Source: Candidatus Aenigmatarchaeota archaeon
GTDB lineage: Archaea; Aenigmatarchaeota; Aenigmatarchaeia; CG10238-14; SCSR01
Length of the DNA stretch: 61,470 nt
NCBI GenBank assembly: GCA_018304615.1
Contig: JAGVVV010000003.1
Location: 1-61,470 of the forward strand
Direction: 5' to 3'
Part shown: piece by piece, positions 34,748 to 45,312 of the stretch
Layout: each line of letters starts with the position of its first letter
Numbering within the stretch: the first letter of the stretch is position 1
The notes under the pieces: model-generated
What the model was told of the DNA's origin: nothing
The model's input: the letters and a program-made list of their open reading frames with translations, nothing else
Databases searched by the model: none
Program-made: the position numbers and the translations under genes

Positions 34748-36360
34748 ACATACTCTTCCAATATCTGTATGACTTCACTTTTTCCTCTGTCAATTATGTA
34801 CGGTCCGAGCCTCGGCCCTCTCTCAGAATTTAATAGAATCTTGTATATGTTCTTGAAAAACTCAATCGGCTTCACTCCATGCCTCTTAGCTATTTCAAAA
34901 ATTTCTTTTTGCAGCTTCTCTCCGTCTTTTTCCTTTTTTATCAACTCAATTAAATCAGAAATCCCAGCTTTGATGTCTCTGGACAATTCTATTCTCACAG
35001 TTTCTTTCTGCCCATATTTCTGATACCAGATCTTCGCGTATTCTAATCTTTCTTTAATTCCTTTCTCATCTTTGGCTTTATGCCCGAACTCTTTCAGCTT
35101 GTTCATTGCAAATTTCAGCTGATTTTTTTCCGGAAGTATTTTCACAATCTCGACAAAGACTGAAAATGGAGCTGTGTGTTCAAACTTCTTTGGAATCGGT
35201 TTTATCTGAAGCATCGTGAAAAGTCTCTTGAAATTAATTTCGTCTCTTTCATTCGGAGCTTTCTTCAACCCGTAATAAATCTCTGCGAGCTTGTCATACT
35301 CGTCATTCATCGATGGAATGTCAGCCCATCTGAAATTCCTCTCCCTCATAGGATCTTTTAAAAATAGCAATCTGAGTAATTCAGCAGTTGCAACCTTCAG
35401 CCATTCGCGAGGATAGACTATATTTCCAAGAGAAGCAGACATCTTCTTCCCATCTATAACCAAATGCTCGTAAAAAATAGGGATTGAAGACGGGAAATTC
35501 AAAATCTTTTCCATAATTTCAGTTGCGACCCAAAAAGCCGAACCGGGAACTATATATTCTTTTCCGAACCCTTCAGCCCTAACTTTCCAGTGTACGTGCT
35601 GAGCTGCCAACTCGCTTCTGTAAAGTAATTTTCCATTTCCTTTAGATGGATCATCCACCCCTTGATATTTACAGCCAACTGCAGTTTGGGTTTTGAACGA
35701 ATAGTCTTTGCAAATGTAATGTACTTTCCCTTTTTCAACTTTAGTTACCCGAGTGGTGATTATCTTTCCACAGTTTTTGCAAATTGGCTGCCAGGGACTC
35801 CAATCTTTAGGCAAAGGATCCTCCTTCGGCCTGTGGCTGTTCAATATCTGAACAACCTTTTCGTAATCATTCAAAATAATTTTTATTTCTTTCTTGAAAG
35901 TTCCCTTGAGATACTCTTCTCTCATCGAATAAACTTTCATCTTACTTTGAATGAATTGGTTTACAACTTCCAGATACAATAATCTGTGATGCTCTTCGTA
36001 TGACTTGTGGCAACCATCAGAATCAGGAATCTCAGTGACAGGCACGCCAATGTATTGTTTGTAATTTTCCGGAACGCCTTTTGGAATTTTTCTCAACGGA
36101 TCAACATTATCTGCAGACCAAATGAAATCCGATTTGAATCCTAAATCAGTCAATGACCTGTGAACAGTTTCCACTCTTATCGTATCGCTTAATCTTCCTA
36201 TGTGGAGAACTCCAGAGATTGAGGCAGCAGACTTTACTACAAACCTCTTGAATTTCGGAACTGATTTATCCAAATATCTGAATTTTTTCATCTCAACGAT
36301 TTCTTTTGCTATTTTGTCAGTCCAAAACTCGTACTTGTTTTTCATATTCTCTAATTTCAT
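34744..36360 (-). CDS. lysK: class I lysyl-tRNA synthetase
   Basis: SGVLHIGRL (HIGH), KMSASLGN (KMSKS), RGPRLGPYI; start may be 36345. Confidence 0.95.
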   Translation of the reverse strand: MKLENMKNKYEFWTDKIAKEIVEMKKFRYLDKSVPKFKRFVVKSAASISGVLHIGRLSDTIRVETVHRSLTDLGFKSDFIWSADNVDPLRKIPKGVPENYKQYIGVPVTEIPDSDGCHKSYEEHHRLLYLEVVNQFIQSKMKVYSMREEYLKGTFKKEIKIILNDYEKVVQILNSHRPKEDPLPKDWSPWQPICKNCGKIITTRVTKVEKGKVHYICKDYSFKTQTAVGCKYQGVDDPSKGNGKLLYRSELAAQHVHWKVRAEGFGKEYIVPGSAFWVATEIMEKILNFPSSIPIFYEHLVIDGKKMSASLGNIVYPREWLKVATAELLRLLFLKDPMRERNFRWADIPSMNDEYDKLAEIYYGLKKAPNERDEINFKRLFTMLQIKPIPKKFEHTAPFSVFVEIVKILPEKNQLKFAMNKLKEFGHKAKDEKGIKERLEYAKIWYQKYGQKETVRIELSRDIKAGISDLIELIKKEKDGEKLQKEIFEIAKRHGVKPIEFFKNIYKILLNSERGPRLGPYIIDRGKSEVIQILEEYV

Positions 36361-36375
36361 TTCATCACATTTAAT

Positions 36376-36486
36376 TGGGCCGGGAGGGATTCGAACCCTC
36401 GACCTGCCGATTTCCTAGCCTCGACATATAAGTCGGCTGCATATCAACACTTGGTAGTGTTTCTAACCAGGCTAAGCTACCGGCCC
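36376..36486 (-). tRNA. tRNA-Ile(UAU) with two introns: 23/24 (21 nt, 36441-36461) and 37/38 (15 nt, 36412-36426)
   Basis: GGGCCGG/CCGGCCC acceptor, GCCGA/TCGGC anticodon stem, loop CT-TAT-A|A; both introns form bulge-helix-bulge motifs. Confidence 0.9.
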
Positions 36487-36543
36487 GTATACTTACACAC
36501 ACATTTTTATCCTTATCCGCTACCAATAAGGTTTTAGATAAAG

Positions 36544-37452
36544 ATGTTTAATAAATCTCTTTTGGTGAATAAGCTAGTTAATTCTTTGCTTTCAAAACAA
36601 TTTCAAGTTTTACTAAGCCAGGGGTCTTTCGACATAGCAGCTAAGAGAGAGAATCTCATGCTCGTGAAATCGGCACTGAATGTCGACAGTGTGAATGAAG
36701 GGCAGATGAAAAGCCTGAAATCCATTTCATTTTTCCTTTCTGCCTATCCCCTGATAGTTTCTGTGAAGAACAACAGGGAATTTCTGAACGATCAGATGGT
36801 CTATTCAAGATTCGACCTCCCTGTGATTACACCAACTCTTTTTGAGAATTTCTTAGATGAGGAAAAAATCCCTGTGGTTGATTCTTCGAGAGGGAGACAC
36901 ACGATAAAAATCGACACTACTTCTCTAAGAAAGAAAAGAGAAGATCTGGGTTTCAGTTTGAGGCAATTGTCATCCTTGGTTGGTATTTCCAAGAAGGCCC
37001 TCTATGAAATCGAAAAGAACAGAGTGAATCCAACAGAAGATACAGTCAGCAAACTTGAAACGACATTGAAGATCGAGCTGAGAAATAATTTCAAGCTGAA
37101 TAAAACTTCAGAACCTGTTTACTTGAAACCAAAGAACGAGTTCCAAAACGAAGTTTCGAACGAATTCAAGAGAATCGGGATTGATAATTCTCCAGTTTAT
37201 TCCTCACCATTTGAAATAATTGGTAAAAGTAATTTCTCGTTGATAACTCATCTATCAAAAACTGAAACAAGAATGGAGAAAGATGCAAGTGTAGTTAAAC
37301 AGTTGTCGAATGTATTCTCCAGCAAGGCTGTTCTAGTACTCAAGAAATCCAAAGAAGAAAATGTAGAGGGCGTTCCGATAATTCTTGAAAAAGAACTTTC
37401 TGAACTAGAATCTTCTAAAGATCTCAACAATAGAATGAAAGAAAAACTTTAA
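36544..37452 (+). CDS. archaeal Cro/C1-type HTH transcriptional regulator (COG1395-like)
   Basis: SFDIAAKR, LRKKREDLGFSLRQLSSLVGISKKALYEIE, SSPFEII. Confidence 0.85.
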   Translation: MFNKSLLVNKLVNSLLSKQFQVLLSQGSFDIAAKRENLMLVKSALNVDSVNEGQMKSLKSISFFLSAYPLIVSVKNNREFLNDQMVYSRFDLPVITPTLFENFLDEEKIPVVDSSRGRHTIKIDTTSLRKKREDLGFSLRQLSSLVGISKKALYEIEKNRVNPTEDTVSKLETTLKIELRNNFKLNKTSEPVYLKPKNEFQNEVSNEFKRIGIDNSPVYSSPFEIIGKSNFSLITHLSKTETRMEKDASVVKQLSNVFSSKAVLVLKKSKEENVEGVPIILEKELSELESSKDLNNRMKEKL

Positions 37453-37493
37453 ATATGTATACCCACATACACATATATTGAGTTCTAGGAGGT
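37448..37493 (+). promoter_or_regulatory. thermosome TATA box and ribosome-binding site
   Basis: TTTAAATA 37448-37455; GGAGGT 37488-37493, 6 nt before the ATG. Confidence 0.55.
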
Positions 37494-37499
37494 ATACAC

Positions 37500-39155
37500 A
37501 TGGCAAATGCAATGATGGGAAATCTAGGCGGACAACCTATTCTAATTTTACCTGAGGGAACGCTCAGACAGATGGGCAAAGACGCTCAGCGTAACAACAT
37601 AGCTGCAGCGAAGGGAGTGGCAGACGCCGTAAAAACCACTCTAGGTCCGAAGGGAATGGACAAGATGCTGGTTGATTCCATCGGAGATATAGTGATCACA
37701 AACGACGGAGTTACAATTTTGGAAGAGATGGAGATCGAACATCCTGTTGCGAAGATGATGGTTGAAGTAGCAAAGACGCAGAACGAGGAAGTAGGCGACG
37801 GGACAACTACATCAGTAGTTTTGGCCGGGGAACTTTTGAAGAAGGCCGAAGAGCTTCTCGAGCAGGACATTCATCCCACGGTAATCACCAGAGGGTTCAA
37901 GATTGGCAAAGATGAAGCTTTGAAAATTTTGGAAGAGATAGCAAGACCGATTAGCCTCGGAGATACTGATACTTTGAAGATGATAGCATTGACTTCCATG
38001 TCCGGAAAATCAGTCGAAAGGGCATCGCCACATCTCGCAGATGTTGTAGTGTCTGCAGTTAAGGAAGTAGCAAGAATGGAAGGAAGTAAAATCGTGATTG
38101 ATACTGATGACATTAAGAGGGAAAAGAAACATGGAGGTTCTGCCGAAGACACCGAATTGATAAAGGGAATTGTGGTAGACAAAGAAGTAGTCCATCCTAG
38201 TATGCCGAAGAAAATCGACGACGCAAAAATCGCACTTTTGGACGTAGCACTCGAAGTCAAAGAGACAGAAACAGATGCTGAAATCAGGATTACTTCACCT
38301 GAACAGATGCAGGCTTTCCTCGAGACAGAGCAGAAGATGCTGAAGGACATGGTAGAGAAAGTCGTGGCATCAGGCGCAAACGTCTTGATGTGCCAGAAGG
38401 GAATCGACGACGTCGCACAACACTACCTTGCAAAGAAAGGAATTCTCGCAACCAGAAGAGTGAAGAAATCTGACATGGAACTTTTAGCCAAAGCAACAGG
38501 CGGTAAAATTATTTCTAATCTTGACGATTTGCAATCAAATGATTTAGGATTCGCCAAGTTGGTCGAGGAAAAGAAAATCGGCGGAGAGGCGATGACATTC
38601 ATAAGAGAAGCTAAAAATCCTAAAGCGGTCACTATTCTTGTCAGAGGTTCAACTGAACATGTCGTCGATGAGATTGACAGGTCTGTCGAAGACGCGGTCG
38701 GAGCAGTTTCTTCAGCACTAGAAATAGGAAAAATAGTCGCAGGTGCAGGCTCTCCAGAAGAGGAAGTCGCGATGAGATTGAGAAAAATTGCTGAAAAATA
38801 TTCTGGCAGAGAACAACTCGCAATAAAGGCATTCGCAGAAGCTCTTGAAGTCATTCCGAGAACTCTTGCAGAAAACGGAGGTTTGGATCCTATTGACACT
38901 CTAGTCGAAATGAGAGTTGCGCACGACCAAGGAAAAATCACATGGGGAATTAATGTTTTTAGCGGAAAAGTCGATGACGCTCTTGCCGATGGAGTTGTCG
39001 AACCTTTGAAAGTGAAGACTCAGGCAATAAAATCAGCCGCCGAAGCTGCTGAGATGATCTTGAGAATCGATGATGTGATTTCCGCAAACAAACTCTCTAG
39101 AGGCGGAGGAATGCCTCCAGGCGGAATGCCCGGCGGAGAGGACATGGGCGAGTAG
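37500..39155 (+). CDS. ths: thermosome subunit (group II chaperonin)
   Basis: [28 protein letters not shown]-rich tail. Confidence 0.97.
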   Translation: MANAMMGNLGGQPILILPEGTLRQMGKDAQRNNIAAAKGVADAVKTTLGPKGMDKMLVDSIGDIVITNDGVTILEEMEIEHPVAKMMVEVAKTQNEEVGDGTTTSVVLAGELLKKAEELLEQDIHPTVITRGFKIGKDEALKILEEIARPISLGDTDTLKMIALTSMSGKSVERASPHLADVVVSAVKEVARMEGSKIVIDTDDIKREKKHGGSAEDTELIKGIVVDKEVVHPSMPKKIDDAKIALLDVALEVKETETDAEIRITSPEQMQAFLETEQKMLKDMVEKVVASGANVLMCQKGIDDVAQHYLAKKGILATRRVKKSDMELLAKATGGKIISNLDDLQSNDLGFAKLVEEKKIGGEAMTFIREAKNPKAVTILVRGSTEHVVDEIDRSVEDAVGAVSSALEIGKIVAGAGSPEEEVAMRLRKIAEKYSGREQLAIKAFAEALEVIPRTLAENGGLDPIDTLVEMRVAHDQGKITWGINVFSGKVDDALADGVVEPLKVKTQAIKSAAEAAEMILRIDDVISANKLSRGGGMPPGGMPGGEDMGE

Positions 39156-39590
39156 TCACTTTACGAATTTGTTCAACCCTTCTTCCAAAAACACATGCGC
39201 CTTTTCAAAAACTTTTCTGGTATTCTCCTTCGTTCTTTTCAAAGCCTCTTCGTACGAAACCCATTCAAACGAATTGTGTTCAGGCGAAATTTTCACATCT
39301 TCTGTCTTGCTCTCCACTAGAAAGAAAATTACCTCCTTGAAAACAGTATCCGCATCCTTCTTGTAAAAATAGTTTATCTTCTCCTTGAAGCCAGGAGTGA
39401 ACTTCAAATCCTTCAGTCCTGTCTCCTCTTCTATCTCCCTCTCCACAGTCTCCTCCTCCTTTTCCCCCTTTTCTATATTCCCTTTAGGCAAATCCCAGTA
39501 TTCTGTCTTGTACTTCTTCCTTAAAAACAGATACTTGACCTTCCCGTTCTTCTTAAAGATTATCGCACCCGCGGATTTTTCCTTTATCAT
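39156..39590 (-). CDS. NUDIX hydrolase, Ap4A hydrolase-like
   Basis: EKSAGAII, WDLPKGNIEKGEKEEETVEREIEEETG Nudix box, SPEH. Confidence 0.9.
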   Translation of the reverse strand: MIKEKSAGAIIFKKNGKVKYLFLRKKYKTEYWDLPKGNIEKGEKEEETVEREIEEETGLKDLKFTPGFKEKINYFYKKDADTVFKEVIFFLVESKTEDVKISPEHNSFEWVSYEEALKRTKENTRKVFEKAHVFLEEGLNKFVK

Positions 39591-39641
39591 AAGCTCAGAT
39601 AAACTTTTATTTACCTATTAAAAGAAATATAGTTAGGTGGA

Positions 39642-40127
39642 TTGATGGCTGAGAAGCATGGCGAAGAGTTTGAACTTATTCCCATGTCACCGATAAGGCG
39701 TATGGAAAAGAGATTAGAGCAGCTCGAATCTAATACAGGCTCTAACAGCACAAATTTCATGAAGGACATTCTTGACATAATCAGGATGAACCAGCAGCTC
39801 GTCGACGAGCTGGCAAAGGCCAACGACGCATTGAGGATAGAACTTTCTAAACTGCCAGGAAGACTAGAAGAATTGATTAATGATATCCACGAACTTCTTT
39901 CTTATATCAAAGCTTCTGCAACCGAGGAGCTGGGCGTTGCTCCGAATGTTGACATGACTCCTCTTGCGCAGAAACTCGACCAACTCATCGAAGGAAACAA
40001 GAAGATAGTCGAGACAAACCAGTCCCTCATGGGAAGTCTGGACGATTTGGAGAGAAAACTCAGGAGACCTCCAATGCCTATGCCGCCTCCAACGAGAAGG
40101 CCAATGCCTCTGACCCCTATAACATAG
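39642..40127 (+). CDS. coiled-coil protein heading the pilus operon
   Basis: ELIPMSPIRRMEKR, heptad repeats, Pro-rich tail. Confidence 0.7.
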   Translation: MMAEKHGEEFELIPMSPIRRMEKRLEQLESNTGSNSTNFMKDILDIIRMNQQLVDELAKANDALRIELSKLPGRLEELINDIHELLSYIKASATEELGVAPNVDMTPLAQKLDQLIEGNKKIVETNQSLMGSLDDLERKLRRPPMPMPPPTRRPMPLTPIT

Positions 40128-40135
40128 GTTTACTT

Positions 40136-40750
40136 ATGAAAGGACAGACTGATATAATCTCTGTTGTAATCATTTTTGTGATTTCTCTCGGTCTGGTTTC
40201 TACCGCATACCTCTGGGGTATTCCCCTCATCCAAAAACGTCAGGACACAGCATTAGTCGACAGGATCGGAAAGTCTTTCGACAAGAACAATGCCAACTCT
40301 CTTGAGAAGAAAATCGAGTATGTGGCAAACAACGGAGGCAGCGACACTTTCGTTGCAGACACCGACGGAATATGGCAATACAATTCCACAAACAATTCTC
40401 TTGACTTCTCATTCACTGCCAAAGCTTCCAAGATTGCAACAGCAATAGGATGGGTTGCTGTCAGCTCGGGGAACACAAATCTCAACGGAACTCTTGGACT
40501 CGACGATTCATACATAATTTTTGCAAAGGCCGACATCGCGAATTCAGGGCTCTACAACATTACATACAGAGTCCAGTTCAGAACCCTCTGGGACAACACC
40601 CAGACAAACGGGTTCAAGATCGTCCTCACAAATCAAAATCCTTCCCCATATGTTCTTGGAAAATACGTCAGGATTTCTCGAGGCACTGTCGCACCTGACC
40701 CTTCCAACGGCAATTTAATTAACACAGAAATCAAAATTCTTTTAGGTTGA
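40136..40750 (+). CDS. type IV pilin-like protein
   Basis: Class III signal MKG|QTDII followed by a hydrophobic helix. Confidence 0.8.
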   Translation: MKGQTDIISVVIIFVISLGLVSTAYLWGIPLIQKRQDTALVDRIGKSFDKNNANSLEKKIEYVANNGGSDTFVADTDGIWQYNSTNNSLDFSFTAKASKIATAIGWVAVSSGNTNLNGTLGLDDSYIIFAKADIANSGLYNITYRVQFRTLWDNTQTNGFKIVLTNQNPSPYVLGKYVRISRGTVAPDPSNGNLINTEIKILLG

Positions 40751-40751
40751 G

Positions 40752-41177
40752 ATGAAAGGCCAGTCATTGGTCATCCAGTTCGTCCTTTTTTTCATAATCG
40801 GGTTTGGTCTATATCTTGCCATAGGGAATTTTTTCAAAATACAATCAGAAAGCTTTCGTAGCGAGATAACTGACGACAGCATCAAGCTTGCAAACAGCTA
40901 CCTCACTTCGAACATTCTTGTGGCAGCAGACAGCTGCAAGATGTGCGATTATGTCAATCTAACATTCAAGATAGAGAACACGACTGCCGGTTACTATTAT
41001 GCTTTAGATTTGTCAAAGCCTCAAGTAAACATTTCCGTCGTGCCATTCGCAAACAAAAGCTTCATCACATCAGGACACAATATGAACACGAGTTTCTCTT
41101 TCAAGGGCAATTCCAGTTCAATTAAAACATTAACTTTAACATTAAACAGAACCAAAAATGAGATAGGGATAAGCTGA
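40752..41177 (+). CDS. type IV pilin-like protein
   Basis: MKG|QSLVIQF followed by a hydrophobic helix. Confidence 0.8.
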   Translation: MKGQSLVIQFVLFFIIGFGLYLAIGNFFKIQSESFRSEITDDSIKLANSYLTSNILVAADSCKMCDYVNLTFKIENTTAGYYYALDLSKPQVNISVVPFANKSFITSGHNMNTSFSFKGNSSSIKTLTLTLNRTKNEIGIS

Positions 41178-43009
41178 TGCGGGTCTTGAAAAATATTGTC
41201 AGGAGACTGCGATTAGGATACCTCATCCTTAACGCTCCCAAACCAGTCTTCCAACCGCAGATAATCCAACAAATTATAGAAGAAAGAGTGCAGCCAGTAG
41301 TCCAAACTATCCCAATTCAGATACCTCAGATAATCAGGCCGATTGTCCAGCCTGTAATCTATCAAGCACCTGCGAAGCAGGAAATAAAATCAGATTTGAT
41401 TGAAGAGACAGTAGGATATGACATTCCTATTTTTTCCGAATCCCATATGAAACTCGGTTACAGCGGGATGAGATCCGAATCAGCGCCTATCAAATTAAGT
41501 TATCCATTGATTCCGAACAAGCCACAGAAAGGGGAAAAGATTTTGGCTTACGCAAAAATCGAGTGGGACCCGCAGAAGAACAAATACATATACACAGTCG
41601 TCGAGCCTCCACTCGATGATAAACTCAAGTCAATTATCTTGAAAATTAAAGAGCTTATCGAACAAAGACTCGATATTGATTTTTCTAAACTGAAAAAATT
41701 CGAGGCAATAGAATACCTTCACAAGAACATCAACGAACTGCTGAGTTATTATTCTTTCAAACTCACTGATGAAGAAAAAGCCGCAGTCAACTACTACATT
41801 GAAAGAGACTTTGTCGGTTTAGGAAAAATAGAACCATTCATGAAAGATCCCAACATCGAAGACATTAGTTGCGACGGAATCGGAATTCCTATCTTCGTTT
41901 TTCACAGAAGCCCTAGAATCGGATCACTCGAAACTAATGTCGTGTTCCCGACAGACGAGGAATTGGACTCAAACATAATCAGGCTCTCTCAGTTGAGCGG
42001 GAAATCAATATCGGTAGCCTCGCCACTCATCGACGGGTCTCTTCCTGACGGAAGCAGAATTCAGGCGACACTTGCCACAGACATCGCAAGAAAGGGCAGC
42101 AATTTCACGATAAGGAAATTTACCGAAGAGCCCTTGACACCTGTTCACCTTCTGGAATTCGGGACAGTCGATGTTGCAAGTCTTGCTTATCTCTGGATGG
42201 CAGTTGATTTCGGAAGGAGCATTCTCGTTTCTGGAGGAACTGCTTCCGGCAAAACAACTTTTCTTAATGTCCTCTCTCTCTTCATCAAGCCTGACAAGAA
42301 AGTAATTTCAATCGAGGACACGCCTGAACTGAAACTCCCGCATCCGCACTGGGTGCCTCAAGTTGCCAGAACCTCCCTCACGGTTGAAGGCTCTAAAAAA
42401 ATAGGAGAGATTGATCTTTATGACTTGTTGAAGGAGACGATGAGGCAGAGACCAGATTACATTATAGTAGGTGAGGTGAGAGGCAAGGAGGCTTTCGTCC
42501 TCTTCCAAGAAATGGCCACTGGGCATCCTTCACTTTCCACAATCCATGCAGAAAATCCTTCCAAGTTGATCGACAGGTTGACTACAGCTCCCATAAGTTT
42601 GCCACCGAGTCTTCTGGGAAGCCTCGACATCATAGTTTTCCTCACGAGAGTTAATTACCGAAATGTGAACGTCAGGAAAGTCAACGAGATTTTTGAGGTG
42701 ACCGGAATAGATCCGAAGACGAAGCAACCTAGAACAAACAGGGTGTTCAGATGGAATCCTTCAACTGACAAATTCGAGGTCGTCGGCAAAAGTATCATGA
42801 TGAAAAAAATAGCTGATTTGACAGGAATGAAAGAGCAAGAGGTCTCCGAAGAATTAAAGAGGAGAATGTTTGTCCTGAACTGGATGAAGGAGAGGAACAT
42901 AATCAATTACAAGGATGTGTTCAATGTTCTGAACATGTATTACACATATCCTGATAGGACAATTTCAGTAATGAGTGGTGAGAGGCCTTGGGTTTCTACA
43001 CGCGCGTGA
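41177..43009 (+). CDS. type IV pilus assembly ATPase (VirB11/FlaI-like)
   Basis: IEDISCDG, GGTASGKTT, SIEDTPEL, RQRPDYIIVGEVRG, TGHPSLSTIHA. Confidence 0.95.
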   Translation: MRVLKNIVRRLRLGYLILNAPKPVFQPQIIQQIIEERVQPVVQTIPIQIPQIIRPIVQPVIYQAPAKQEIKSDLIEETVGYDIPIFSESHMKLGYSGMRSESAPIKLSYPLIPNKPQKGEKILAYAKIEWDPQKNKYIYTVVEPPLDDKLKSIILKIKELIEQRLDIDFSKLKKFEAIEYLHKNINELLSYYSFKLTDEEKAAVNYYIERDFVGLGKIEPFMKDPNIEDISCDGIGIPIFVFHRSPRIGSLETNVVFPTDEELDSNIIRLSQLSGKSISVASPLIDGSLPDGSRIQATLATDIARKGSNFTIRKFTEEPLTPVHLLEFGTVDVASLAYLWMAVDFGRSILVSGGTASGKTTFLNVLSLFIKPDKKVISIEDTPELKLPHPHWVPQVARTSLTVEGSKKIGEIDLYDLLKETMRQRPDYIIVGEVRGKEAFVLFQEMATGHPSLSTIHAENPSKLIDRLTTAPISLPPSLLGSLDIIVFLTRVNYRNVNVRKVNEIFEVTGIDPKTKQPRTNRVFRWNPSTDKFEVVGKSIMMKKIADLTGMKEQEVSEELKRRMFVLNWMKERNIINYKDVFNVLNMYYTYPDRTISVMSGERPWVSTRA

Positions 43010-43860
43010 GCATGAGGCTCTTCGGTCAGGTTGGGGATGTAATATCTCCGTACTTCACTGACCTGAAGGGAGAACTGAAAAAGACCAGGCTCAGGACCAC
43101 AGTCCAAGAATATTTCAGCATTGCAACCTTCACGAGCCTGCTGATTTTCATTTTCGAGCTCCCTCTCCTGTCTTTTATTTTCACCCTGCTCCTTCAAGAC
43201 ATTATGTTCAGTTTCATCTCCGCATTCACAGTCTCGATATTCCTGACGATTCTGTTCTTCCTTGCTTTCATCAATTACCCCAAAGTGATCGTAAGCGAGC
43301 GTGCGAAAAAGATTGATACAATTCTCCCCTTTGCCTCACTTTATTTGGCAACGATTTCAAGCACGAAGCTTTCTCTTGCAAAGGTTTTCAATCTGTTTTC
43401 AAAATTCTCCAACTTCGGCGAAATCACAAACCAGTTTAAATCATTAACCAATGACATGGAAATATTCGGGATGGATGTCAACACCTCGCTCGAGAGGGCG
43501 ATTGAAAGGACGCCATCAAAAAATCTGAAGGAGATTTTGTACGGAATCTTGTCTGTCAACAAGAGCGGTGGAGATTTGGACGTCTATCTCAAGGAAAAGG
43601 CAAAGACTTACATAGGTGAGTACAGAAGAAAACTCTACGAGTTCTCTCACCAACTTTCGCTTTACATCGAAGTTTATCTCACGTCAATAGTTCTCGGTGC
43701 AATCTTCTTCACAGTGTTGACTTCAATAATCAGCAGCATAAGCACATCGAACACAAGCAACATAGTAGTCTTGCAGTTCATACTCATCGTCGTATTCCTT
43801 CCATTGATTTCCGCTGCGTTTATCATACTAATCAAATCCATTTCACCAGGTGAGACATGA
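42988..43860 (+). CDS. TadC/T2SS-F membrane platform protein
   Basis: IDTILPFASLYL, LERAIERTPSKNLKE, SGGDL, flanking TM helices. Confidence 0.88.
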   Translation: MGFYTRVSMRLFGQVGDVISPYFTDLKGELKKTRLRTTVQEYFSIATFTSLLIFIFELPLLSFIFTLLLQDIMFSFISAFTVSIFLTILFFLAFINYPKVIVSERAKKIDTILPFASLYLATISSTKLSLAKVFNLFSKFSNFGEITNQFKSLTNDMEIFGMDVNTSLERAIERTPSKNLKEILYGILSVNKSGGDLDVYLKEKAKTYIGEYRRKLYEFSHQLSLYIEVYLTSIVLGAIFFTVLTSIISSISTSNTSNIVVLQFILIVVFLPLISAAFIILIKSISPGET

Positions 43861-44798
43861 TGAAATTCCAACTTACCCAGAGCAGCAGACTCTTGTTCAT
43901 AACCGCTGGAGTTTCCTTGATTTTGATACTCGGAGCAATTCTCACTCACCAGACTGGGATCCTCGGCAACATGATAATCCTATCTGTCTTCATAGTCTCT
44001 GTCCCGCAATTCTTTTTCGGTTATCAGGAGTTCAAAGACATAAAAGAGATGGAAGAGAAGTTCCCTCTTTTCTTGAGAGACATGATCGAATCCTTGAGAT
44101 CAGGGATGCCTTTCCACCAGGCGGTCATGTACAACAGTAAACTAGATTACGGGAGACTCTCTGTCGAAATCAAAAAAATGTCCAACCAAATTTCATGGGG
44201 AGTCCCGTTCAACAGAGTGATCGATCAATTCGGGGAGAGACTGAAGAAAAGCAAAAATATCAGCATCGCCCTCAAAATCATCAGGGAGAGTTACTTTTCT
44301 GGAGGAGATGTAGTTTCCACACTCGAGGCTGTCGCAGATGCAAACCTCACTCTCGATGAAGCAGACAAAGAGAAGAAGAGCCTGCTGAATCAGTATGTTG
44401 TCCTCATGTACGGTCTGGCCTTCCTCTTCGTCGGGATAGTGGTCGCCATAAACAAACTAATGATTCCTATTTTCCAAGCTTCTTCTCTTCCAGGCGGAGC
44501 TGAAGCACTCGGCCTTACAAATCCATGCAACCGTTGTAACGGTTTCACATGCACCATTTGCGGCGGTTACTCTGCAATGTCAAGCAACCTGTTTTCAATC
44601 GATCCCTCGACAATCGGAGCATATTACACATCCCTGTTCTTCCTGATGAGCATCATCGTCTCTTTCTCCTCAGGACTTGTCGCTGGCCAAATAAGCGAGA
44701 ATTCCATCTTCGCCGGCCTCAAACACAGTTTGATAATGACTTTCAGTGTAGTCGGAGCTTTCTACATTTTAATTTATGTAAAGCTGTTGGGCGTTTAG
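43857..44798 (+). CDS. TadC/T2SS-F membrane platform protein
   Basis: EEKFPLFLRDMIESLRSGM, ISWGVPF, SGGDV, GLKHS. Confidence 0.9.
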   Translation: MMKFQLTQSSRLLFITAGVSLILILGAILTHQTGILGNMIILSVFIVSVPQFFFGYQEFKDIKEMEEKFPLFLRDMIESLRSGMPFHQAVMYNSKLDYGRLSVEIKKMSNQISWGVPFNRVIDQFGERLKKSKNISIALKIIRESYFSGGDVVSTLEAVADANLTLDEADKEKKSLLNQYVVLMYGLAFLFVGIVVAINKLMIPIFQASSLPGGAEALGLTNPCNRCNGFTCTICGGYSAMSSNLFSIDPSTIGAYYTSLFFLMSIIVSFSSGLVAGQISENSIFAGLKHSLIMTFSVVGAFYILIYVKLLGV

Positions 44799-45311
44799 AT
44801 GAAAGGCCAATTAAACCTCGAGCAGATCGTGGCTATGACACTCTTCATCGCATTCTCCTCATACGTTTTCTTCACGGTCTTCAATCTCGTTCCAAGATAT
44901 ACTTCAGAAGTCAGGTCTGAAAGACTGAGGTCAGAGGCATATCAGATGTCCGAACTTCTGATAAACGATCCCGGAAGTCCTGCAAACTGGGACAAAAGCG
45001 TGAAGCCGTCTAGACTAGGACTTTCAGATGAGACTGCCAATCTCACGAATTTCATTTCAAAATCAAAAGTGGCTGCGCTTGCAGGAAACTGCTCAGCTCC
45101 AAATTATGCAGGATTCTCTCAAGTCGGTCAATGGCTTGGAACAGACAGGCAGTTTTCTCTTCTGATTCTTAGCAGGAACTGTGCCATCACTGGTGTGGAC
45201 TGCAGGCCTAATGCGTCTGTTTTCCGGTCATCACCAATCAATATCTCAATCCGCAGATTCGTCGCATTCGACAACACCTGCTACGGAGAGTTGGATATGG
45301 AGGTCTGGTGA
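44799..45311 (+). CDS. type IV pilin-like protein
   Basis: MKG|QLNLE (Glu at +5) followed by a hydrophobic helix; LINDPGSPANW. Confidence 0.82.
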   Translation: MKGQLNLEQIVAMTLFIAFSSYVFFTVFNLVPRYTSEVRSERLRSEAYQMSELLINDPGSPANWDKSVKPSRLGLSDETANLTNFISKSKVAALAGNCSAPNYAGFSQVGQWLGTDRQFSLLILSRNCAITGVDCRPNASVFRSSPINISIRRFVAFDNTCYGELDMEVW

Positions 45312-45312
45312 C

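Noticed and set aside
45181-45312. N-terminal extension of the large pilin ORF
   Set aside because: It overlaps the upstream pilin; the MKG leader at 45313 matches the other three pilins
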